A DNA stretch of 56,154 bases, the filler included, from Squatina squatina (taxonomy: Eukaryota): NCBI GenBank assembly GCA_031763465.1. It is 3 parts of 3 records of this genome, joined end to end, with 100 filler letters (N's around TTAATTAATTAA, not from the genome) between each part and the next. Parts side by side here need not be neighbours in the genome. Positions count along the whole stretch, not along the records: positions 1 to 27,465 come from JARFOE010000234.1; 2 more parts are not named here. One strand, 5' to 3'. The position numbers and the translations under genes were made by a program. A model generated the notes under the pieces. It saw nothing but the letters and a program-made list of their open reading frames with translations. It was not told the DNA's origin and searched no databases. Below are positions 13,265-22,347 of the stretch, piece after piece. The first letter of the stretch is position 1. Every line of letters starts with the position of its first letter.

Positions 13265-13512
13265 ATCGCTGCAGTCTTACAATCACTAGTGATAGAAGTG
13301 AAGAGACTCCACCAGTCAAGGTGTTCAGAGGCAGACTGACTCCAGGTTCCACAGCCTTTCCAAACCCCAAAAGTAACCCTATCCATGTGGAAGAAATTCA
13401 AATAACTCACGCGTATGAAGAGGTGAAACAGCCCCGAGGGGATGTGCCACAGGAGTTCCCCCTACGGACCCTTCCCAAGAAGAAACTCAGGATAATTGGA
13501 AATGGAAAAATG
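13265..13512 (+). CDS. FREM1: FREM1 linker exon after Calx-beta
   Basis: In phase with the previous exon: DRCSLTITSDRSEETPPVKVFRG...PRGDVPQEFPLRTLPKKKLRIIGNGKM; conserved RGD and KLRxxGNGK; CAG/GTAGGA boundaries. Confidence 0.85.
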
Positions 13513-13599
13513 GTAGGAAATGATTCATTACAGTGTCCCATTGTGTGTTAAAATAGTCGCAGTAAGGTTTTCCGACTGATTTTTCAACAGGAAACATTT

Positions 13600-13682
13600 G
13601 ATACGGTTATGTTACTGCATTAGCAATCCAGAGGCCTGGACAAATGATCCTGAGACATGAGTCCAAATCCCACCATGGCAGC
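13600..13682 (+). mobile_element. tRNA-derived SINE/LINE head fragment
   Basis: GGTTATGTTACTG...AATCCAGAGGCCTGGAC...AATCCCACCATGGCAGC, same head as 53163 onward; truncated by gap. Confidence 0.65.
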
Positions 13683-13782
13683 NNNNNNNNNNNNNNNNNN
13701 NNNNNNNNNNNNNNNNNNNNNNNNNNNNNNNNNNNNNNNNNNNNNNNNNNNNNNNNNNNNNNNNNNNNNNNNNNNNNNNNNN

Positions 13783-15030
13783 CACTTTGCCTCCAATTTC
13801 CACTCTTCCCTCACCTTCACATGGTCCATCTCTGACTCTTCCCTTCCATTCCTTGACTTCTCTGTCTGCATTTCTGGGGATAGGCTCCTGACAAACTTCT
13901 ACTATAAACCCACTGACTCCCACCGCTACCTGGACTACACTTCCTCCCACCCCACTTCCTGTAAAGATTCCATTCCTTTCTCCCAGTTCTTCCGTCTCTG
14001 TCGCATCTGTTCTGACGGCGCCACTTTCCAAATCAGGGCTTCCGAAATGTCTCCCTTTTTCCTCAACCGAGGATTCCCCTCTACCGTGGTTGACATGGCC
14101 TTCGACCGTGTCTGTTCTATTTCCCGCACTTCTGCTCTCAACCTTTCTCTTCCCTCCCAGAACCACGATCGGGTTCCCCTTTTTCTCACTTTTCACCCCA
14201 CCAGCCTCCACATTCAACGGATCATCTGCCGCCATTTCCGCCACCTCCAGCGTGATTCCACCACAAAACACATCTTTCCCTCCCCTCCCCTTTCAGCGTT
14301 CCGAAGGGACCGCTCCCTCCTGGTCCACACCTCCATCACCCCTCCTCTTCCCATGGCACCTTCCCAGGAAACCACAGGAGATGCAACACTTGCCCTTTTA
14401 CGTCCTCCCTTCCCACTGTCCAGGGCCCCAAACACTCCTTCCAAGTGAAACAGCGATTTACTTGTGCTTCTTTCAATTTAGTATATTGTATTTGCTGCTC
14501 TCGGTGTGGTCTCCTCTACATTGGGGAAACTAAACGCAGATTGGGTGATCACTTTGCAGAGCATCTCCGTTCAGTCTGCAAGCGTGACCTGGAGCTTCCA
14601 GTTGCCTGTCACTTTAATTCTCCGCTTCATTCTCACTCTGATCTCTCTGTCCTCGGCCTTTTACACTGTTCCAATGAAGCTCGGCGTAAGCTTGAGGAAC
14701 AGCAGCTCATCTTTCTATTGGGCACTTTACAGCCTTCTGGATTCAACATCGAGTTCAACAATTTCAGACCGTAACCTCTGCCTTATATTTTTTCCTTCAG
14801 TTTTTTCCCCCTCAGCCCTTGTTTCCCTCCCACCCTATCACAGACCTTCCCTTCTGCTCTTTCTCCCTCCCCCCCTTCCCTCGCCTCTGCAGGTGCTTAA
14901 AAACCTGCTACAATTCTAACTTTTTCCAGTTCTGACGAAGGGCTTTGACCTCAAACGTTAACTCTGTTTCTCTCTCCACATATTCTGCCTGACCTGCTGA
15001 GTTTTTTTCAAGCATTTTGTTTAAATTCCA
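13783..15030 (+). mobile_element. Penelope-like retroelement, 3' part: RT thumb, Zn linker, GIY-YIG endonuclease and 3' region; frameshifted
   Basis: LPFLD...YYKPTDSHRYLDYTSSHP...IPFSQFFRLCRICS; NLVYCICCSRCGLLYIGETKRRLGDHFAEH...VACHFN...GTLQPSGFN ending at TAA 14774; frameshift near 14340. Confidence 0.92.
14928..14963 (+). ncRNA. Minimal type I hammerhead ribozyme motif of the Penelope element, core mutated
   Basis: Stem I AGTT/AACT, core CTGACGA 14932-14938, stem II AGG/CCT, CAAA in place of GAAA at 14952-14955, palindromic AACGTT stem III. Confidence 0.7.
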
Positions 15031-15084
15031 GACAAAACAAGCCTCACATAGAACAGACAGGGCTCACCCTTGTAGGTTAAGACC

Positions 15085-15325
15085 ATCTCCCACCCCCCAA
15101 ATAAGTTCCTGTCCCCCAAACAAGTTCCTAACCTTCCTCCTACCCACCCCCGCCCCCCAAGTTTCGGACCTTTTCCCTCCCCCAAAGTTCCTGACATTCT
15201 ACCCCATCCCAAGTTCCTGGGCACCCCCATCACCACCGCTCCCCCCTCCCCCCACCCAGCATTCCTGACCTTCTCGCCCCGCCTCCCACTCTCCGCATTC
15301 CTGACCTTTTCTCCCCCCCACCCCG
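15085..15325. repeat. Degenerate C-rich minisatellite
   Basis: About 7 variants of (AAG/GCA)TTCCTGACCTT separated by C runs. Confidence 0.7.
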
Positions 15326-18300
15326 GGATTCAGAAGGGAGAGAAACAAAGCTGGAAACAGAAGGTAAAAAATTAGTAAGCGAATTTGGAAGACAGAGGAA
15401 ACAAAGGCGAGCAGCAAATAGGGTTAAAGTACGGAATAATGGTAAAAAGACAGAATTAAAGGCACTTTATCTGAATGCATGCAGCATTCACAACATGGTA
15501 GATGAATGGATGGCACAAATAGAAATAAATGGGTATGATCGAATAGCCATTACAGAGACGTGGTTGCAGGGTGGCCAAGGCTGGGAACTGAATATTCAAG
15601 GGTATTCCACATTTCGGAAGGATAGGCAGAAAGGAAAAGGAGGTGGAGTAGCTCTGTTAATAAATGATGAGATCAGTGCAATAAGGAGAAAGGAGCTTGG
15701 CTCGGAAGATCAAGATGTAAAATCAGTTTGGGTGGAGCAAAGAAACAGCAGGGGCAGAAAACATTGGTGGAAGTTGTTTATAGGCCACCAAACAGTAGTG
15801 GTAATGTAGGGCACAATATAAATCAGGAAATTAGAGGTGCATGTAACAAGGGTAATACGGTAATCATGGGGGACTTTAATCTACATATACACTGGGCAAA
15901 CTCAATTAGCATTAACAGTGTGGAGGACGAATTCCTGGAATGTGTACGAGATGGTTTTCCAGATCAGTATGTTGAGGAGCCAAGGAGGGAACAGGCTATT
16001 TTAGATCTAGTATTGTGCAGCGAGAAAGGGTTAATTACTAATCTTGTTGTAAAGGGGCCTTTACAGAAGAATGACCATAATATGATAGAATTTTACATTA
16101 AGTTTGAAAGTGATGTAATTTAATCCAAGACTAGGGTCTTAAATCTAAACAAAGCAAACTACGACGGTTTGAGGGAATGTTGGCTGTGGTAGATTGGGAA
16201 ACTACATTAAAAGGTATGGTGGTAGAAAGGCAATGGTTAGCATTTAAACAATTAATACATAATTTACAACAAATATACCTTTGAGGCACAAAAACCCAAC
16301 AGGAAAAGTGGTCCAACTGTGGCTAACATGAGAAGTTAAAGGTAGTAGTAGGTCAAAGGAAGAGGCTTATAAAGTTGGCAAAAAAAGTATTAAGACTGAG
16401 GATTGGGAGCATTTTAGAATTCAGCAAAGGAGGACCAAGAAATTGGTAAACAAAGGGAAAATATATAGGTATGTAAAAAGGAAAAGATTAGCGAAAGTAA
16501 ATGTGGGTCCCTCACAGGCTGAGACAGGAGAATTTATAATGGGTAATAAAGAAATGGCAGAGAAATTAAGCAAATACTTTGTGTCTGTTTTCACGGAAGA
16601 AGACACAAAAAACCTCCCAGAAATTCTTGAGAACCAAGGTCTAGTGAGAATGAGGAACTGAAAGAAATTAGTATTAGTAAAAAAATAGTACTGGAAAAAT
16701 GAATGGGACTGAAAACCGATACATCTCCAGGTCCGGAATGACCTACATCCCAGGGTTTTGAAAGAGGTGGCTTTAGAGATAGTGAATGCATTGGTTGTCA
16801 TATTCCAAAATTCTATAGATTCTAGAATGGTTCCTGCAGATTGAAAGGTAGCAAATGTAACCCCACTATTTAAGAAAGGAGGGAGAGAGAAAACGGGGAA
16901 CTACAAACCTGTTAACCTGACATCAGTACAGTAAAAGCTTGTTTATCCAGCATTCTATTAACCAGAAAATTCTATTAACTGGCATTTCAAAAATTCCGGA
17001 TATTTAAATTTATTGTAGTCTGACCTTCAGGTTCTCCATGCATTTCCTTAAATCCCCCGCTCAGGACTGCACTGATGTCCGAGAAGAGAGGTAAAGGTAA
17101 TAGTTGGTGGTATGAAAGTCACCTAGATGTAAGTTTTCATGAGATTACATGGGTGATTCCACAACGCTTCCTAGCAGAGAGTCGGTCTCACAGGAAACAT
17201 GTTCTGTGGAGGGACGTTTCCCGAACTCTCGGTGCAAGCGCGGATAATGTGCTTAAAATTATTGCAATCGGGAACTCTCTGTCACCAAATGGTGTGATGT
17301 TACACTGTCAAGTTTATGTTTTAATTTTGAGGCACATAACATTAGACTGCTTTGTGCTGGGGAGTGTGTGTGGCGGAGGTGGGGGGAAGTGGGTTCAGCA
17401 TTTGTGTGCCAGATAGGCCTTCACCCACGAGGTTCAGGAAGTCCGCGCACACAAAGTTAAACTTGAAAACCTGTGTAAAGAACGCTCTTACTAGCCTCTT
17501 AACTACCTCTTAATAGGTTTGGATTGGAAACCCTCCTCTCCTGAGGGGGCTTCTCGCTCGCAGCCAATCGTGCTCAAGTGAAATGCGGAAGCCAGCGGGT
17601 TTAAACCAGCTTCCCGATGCGCTGTCAATTTCACAATTGCGACTTCTTTCAACAATGTCTCACTGTCATATGTTAAAGAGTTTGAAATCAATACAATGTC
17701 CAATCCATTGATGGATCTACACTTTCAGAAAAAGCTCATAGCGTTGTGCAGCAACCGATACCGTGTAATATGCAAGTAAATGGAAAATGTGGAATTAACC
17801 CAATGAATTATATCCCACGGAAACCTTAAAAGTTTCAGATTTGAGCTAATGCATACTGTATTTAAAATTATTGCAATCGGGGACTCCAGGGATGTCTCAA
17901 TTAACTGGCATATTTGATAAACCGGCACTTCTCAGGTCCCATGGATACCAGATAACAAAGCTTTTACTGTAGTGGGGAAAATGCTAGAATCTATTATTAA
18001 GGACATGGTAACAGGACACTAAGAAAATAATAATAAGATTGGAGAGAGTCAACACGAATTTATGAAAGGGAAATCGTGTTTGGCAACCTGTTGGAGTGCT
18101 TTGAGGATAGCAGGGTAGATAAGGGAGAACCAGTGGATGTGGTGTATTTGGATTTTCAGAAGGCTTTCGATAAGGTGCCTCGCAATTGGTTATTAAACAA
18201 AATTAGGGCACATGGGATTGGGGTAATATACTGGCATGAATTGAGAATTGGATAATGGACAGGAAACAGAGAGTCAGAATAAACGGGTCATTTTCAGGTT

Positions 18301-18403
18301 GGCAGGCTGTGACTAGTTGGGTACCGCAGGGATCAGTGCTTGGGCCCCAGCTATTCACAATCTATATCAATGATTTGGATGAGGGGACCAAATGTAATAT
18401 TTC
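15326..18403 (+). mobile_element. CR1 LINE ORF2 (APE endonuclease + RT), disrupted and interrupted by a DNA transposon
   Basis: [81 protein letters not shown]; multiple stops and frameshifts. Confidence 0.95.
16929..17969. mobile_element. Non-autonomous Tc1/mariner-superfamily (pogo/Tigger-like) DNA element, 1041 bp
   Basis: TIRs CAGTAAAAGCTTgtTTATC / GATAAcaAAGCTTTTACTG; TA duplication at 16927-16928 and 17970-17971; removal restores CR1 ...CTGACATCAGTA|GTGGGGAAAATGCTAGAA (LTSVVGKMLE). Confidence 0.9.
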
Positions 18404-18503
18404 NNNNNNNNNNNNNNNNNNNNNNNNNNNNNNNNNNNNNNNNNNNNNNNNNNNNNNNNNNNNNNNNNNNNNNNNNNNNNNNNNNNNNNNNNNNNNNNNN
18501 NNN

Positions 18504-18864
18504 TCGAGCAGCAGCCTGGAAAGAGCCAGATGCATGAAAGTTAAGAGTCACAGTCACCTTGGCAGCCACAGCCACAATGTTGTCCTTGCCCTGCTTTAAG
18601 ATTGCAGTTGTGACTGCAGCAGTTGGCAGATTTCAGTCATGACCTCTTTAATGAAGCAAAGACATCTCAAGCATTGGTCGTCGATGAAATTGAAGTAAGA
18701 AAATTGACCCCTAAAAACTCTCTGTGGATGTAGCCTCCTGCTGAGAGCCATCCTTCTCTCCTCCTCCTCCTCCCACTTCTAGCAGCTTATCCTGCTCTGC
18801 ATGGCTTCTCTTAATTCTCCGAGTCATGCTCAATTCCAAGAGGAACGTCTACCAGGCTACTCAT
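18504..18864 (-). pseudogene. Harbinger (HARBI1-like) transposase N-terminus
   Basis: RRLHPQRVFRGQFSYFNFIDDQCLRCLCFIKEVMTEICQLLQSQLQS*SRARTT/AVAAKVTVTLNFHASGSFQAAA; stop at 18598-18596 and frameshift near 18575. Confidence 0.82.
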
Positions 18865-19357
18865 GTCTGGAAGCATGTTTCAGCACAAGCTTTTAAATCA
18901 ACAAAAAAGTACTTCAGTACCAGCCAGACCACTCCCTGTGGACTATTCAAACTTTAGGCAAGTACAGAAAAGCCCCAAAAACATGTACAATTGCACCAAC
19001 AGCCTTTAAATAATGCTGGTGGGGTGTCCTTCATTGCCATTTAACATCATGTTCATCTGTGCGAGATTAAAACTGGGCATAGGTTGGAGTGTGGCGTTTG
19101 GAAATGGCAGTGCTGGTGTCAAATCAACATTGCACACTGACGTCAAATTCTGCCTGCTCTGCATGCTGCAGCTGATCGTTAGATGTGTGCACATAGACCC
19201 CTTTACCAAAATGACATCCGGTACACTTACCTTCGGATGTGTGCGCGTAGACCCCTTTACCAAAATGGCATCCAGCGCATCATGGGTGTCATTTCCGCAC
19301 TTTAGGAGGCCGCATAGCACCTAAAAAACAGGTGTTACAGAACTCAATTTAGCTCCC
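18504..19357 (-). mobile_element. Harbinger transposon, transposase-side end
   Basis: Transposase relic plus terminus CAATTTAGCTCCC (19345-19357) and subterminal direct repeats 19182-19220 / 19236-19274. Confidence 0.7.
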
Positions 19358-21236
19358 ATAAACTTTAAATTGGACTCTATGGTGTGTTATCGTGTTTGAT
19401 ATTTTCGATGATCAACTTTTCCTGAGGGCAAACCTTACTTGTGTGCATTGGAGCCCACAAGTTAAATTGAGTACCATTGAGAACAAAGACTATTATCATT
19501 GAGAAGCCTCAGGCAGTCATTAACCATTGGATATGATTTGCAGGATTCAGAGAATAAAGTTGAGATTAAATTATAATCTAGTTCTTCTCCCAGAAAACAT
19601 GGAAATATTTCTCATTTTGTCTGTCTTTTTTATGCCAGTGGGTGGGGGGATGGGAGAGGCTAATGCCATTTGACAGCTAAAAGAAAATATGCCTGCGTGT
19701 AGTTTACTATTTTTCTTTGTTTTGTTGCTTTTAAAAATTATTTTGCTGTTCTATCTTTCCTTGTGAAATGTGGACNNNNNNNNNNNNNNNNNNNNNNNNN
19801 NNNNNNNNNNNNNNNNNNNNNNNNNNNNNNNNNNNNNNNNNNNNNNNNNNNNNNNNNNNNNNNNNNNNNNNNNNNTAGGTTTTGAGTTTATGCCACTCCT
19901 ACGCATACTGGCCCCAAACCAACTCGAGGATGGCACAGATTTCTGTAACTCTGCCAGGCTGCCATTGTCCTTTGGGTTGAGAATATCTCTTGTATTCAGC
20001 AGTCAGGCAGTTAACATCTCTTCTTGTAGACTGATAATCATTTTTTTAAACTGATGGGCATTTTTGATTAGAGAATGTGCTCCACATTTAAAACCATCCC
20101 TTTGTTCTTCATTTAAAAGAATGACTTCAGGGAGTATAAACTTAGCTTTGATGAGAAGAAAAGCAGCTCTTTTTATCTTGAACAAGCAGCATTTAGCATA
20201 ATGTCTCCAGTTAGAGCAACAAAGAAACCCTTATCCACTTTGAGCTGCTGGCATGCTTAAACATACAGCCTGAGTAAGAGAGGAAGGAAGACATCCTTGT
20301 CTGAGTGGAAATAAAGAACAATTCAAGAGAGAAGTGAGCAGGAGGCTTACACTTAAACCTGCCTGTGACCCCGACTGACAGGTATTCAGCTCTGGGCAGC
20401 GCAAGGGCAGGCTGCAGTGGCAATGGAATTAATTACCCATCTTACAGAACGTTCACTGAGATAGAAGGCTGCCATTGTTTCATGAGGCGAAGGCTTTCTC
20501 TCCCCTTCCCCCACTATTCAGTTATTTAAGTTTGCCTTACAGGGCCAGGTGGAGGAGATTTGTTGCAGAGTAACTCAGAGACAGTGTCCCTTTTGTATGT
20601 CATGCGTAACTCAAATTTAATAACCTGGCTCAGCCCTCTCAGCATTTACCGAAAAAGTTTAACCCTTTCCTTTTGCTACCTCACTTTATTATAATGAACT
20701 GTCAGCGAAAGAACAGGATCACAGTGGTAAATTGAAATATTTAATTATCAGACACAGCAAACTTCACATTAGTACCTGATATATAACCCTGCCTTTACAA
20801 ATGCTGAGTGACCTGTTGTGAATTTCTAAAACTTTGGCTTTTTTTCCCAAACCCTTTCTCTCCTAATCATGCTAATAATTTGGTGATTATTATGGTGCTA
20901 GATTCAGAGTGCGATAAATTAATTGCGGTAGGTAGCCTACCTCCAGAATGTGCCTCCGACCTGCGAAACAAATCCGAACCTTCCTCCTGGTGCCCAGGCT
21001 ACGAAGAGTTCCAGTCTCAGGCCTCCAGGCAGACATCAGCGTAATCACCCATGGATCCCAGGGCCACAGGTGGTTCAGTAGCATCCCTGGGATCACGTAC
21101 ACCCATGGGGATTCCATTGCAATCATTTGTGAATGGAATCTCCTAATGATATGCAATGGAATCCCCAAATAATTATAAAATTTACACAATTATAATAAAT
21201 ATATATGTACTGAATTTCAATTTAATTCATAAGCTT

Positions 21237-21462
21237 CATAGAAACATAGAAAATAAGAGCAGGAGTAGGCCATTCGGCTCTTCGAGCCTGATCCGCCATT
21301 CAATATGATCATGGCTGATCCTCTATCTCAGTACTATGTTCCCACTTTCTCCCCCAAATCCCTTGCTGTCTTTAGTATCTAGAAATCTATCTATCTCCTT
21401 CTTGAATATATTCAATGACTTGGCCTCCGTGGCCTTCTGTGGTAGAGAATTCCACAGGTTCA
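21237..21462 (-). mobile_element. CR1 LINE 3' end
   Basis: NLWNSLPQKATEAKSLNIFKKEIDRFLD followed by GCCGAATGGCCTACTCCTGCTC and a TTTCTATG tandem tail on the minus strand. Confidence 0.9.
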
Positions 21463-22314
21463 NNNNNNNNNNNNNNNNNNNNNNNNNNNNNNNNNNNNNN
21501 NNNNNNNNNNNNNNNNNNNNNNNNNNNNNNNNNNNNNNNNNNNNNNNNNNNNNNNNNNNNNNAAATGAAATCATACTCGGAGGGTTGCACTCCAGTGACT
21601 GATTGGCTCACATCCATAGATTTGAACATCACTTTTGTGTTGGATGTCTTTCCCGGTTGTGTAAGGTTACTTTCTGTCCAATTAAAACATGATAGCCTTG
21701 TAACATTCCTGTTACCATTTCCCAGTGTTCAAAAGTCCTCTACAGTGCTGGAAAATCAGAAGGGGCCTTTCATGTCTGGAAGCAAGGCCGTACACTGACA
21801 GGCAATGTTTAGATGCAACGTACAATTAATGACAACATCTTTCAACCTTCAGCTGAAAGCAAACTCGGAGCAACGTCAATTGTTTGCAGAGTTTTGCCTC
21901 TCCTTTTGTCAAAGCCTCCTGGTGTTTTGTTCTCAGGGGAGTCTGACTCCATTGACTGTTTGCAAGTGAGCAGAAACAAAATTGGCCAAAATGGTATAAA
22001 TATTTCATCAAGTCTTTGTGATATAGTGGGCTTAGCTATTCTTAATGGTGCACTTTACTTGCCAATTTTTCATACATCATTAAACAGTGGCCGCAGCAAT
22101 TGTTCTGTTTCTCTGATATACCCTAGTTAGTGGGACCAGGTTCCCAGCAACTCAGACACTATAGACAGTAATAATCTGTCGATATCCCATGGAAGTAATT
22201 GTCCTACCTGTGAGATTCTGTTAAATGTCTGCGTGCCTGAGTGTTTTAAAAGCTGAATTGTTGATTTGAATCGGAAGATTGTATTCTTGGACTGTAAGCT
22301 ACTGCCACCATCAG

Positions 22315-22347
22315 GTGTGTGTGTGTGTGTGTGTGTGTTTGTGTGTG
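22315..22347. repeat. (GT)n microsatellite
   Basis: Direct reading, one interruption. Confidence 0.9.

Noticed and set aside
13612-14271. 219-aa minus-strand ORF
   Set aside because: Antisense shadow of the pyrimidine-rich Penelope RT and crosses a gap
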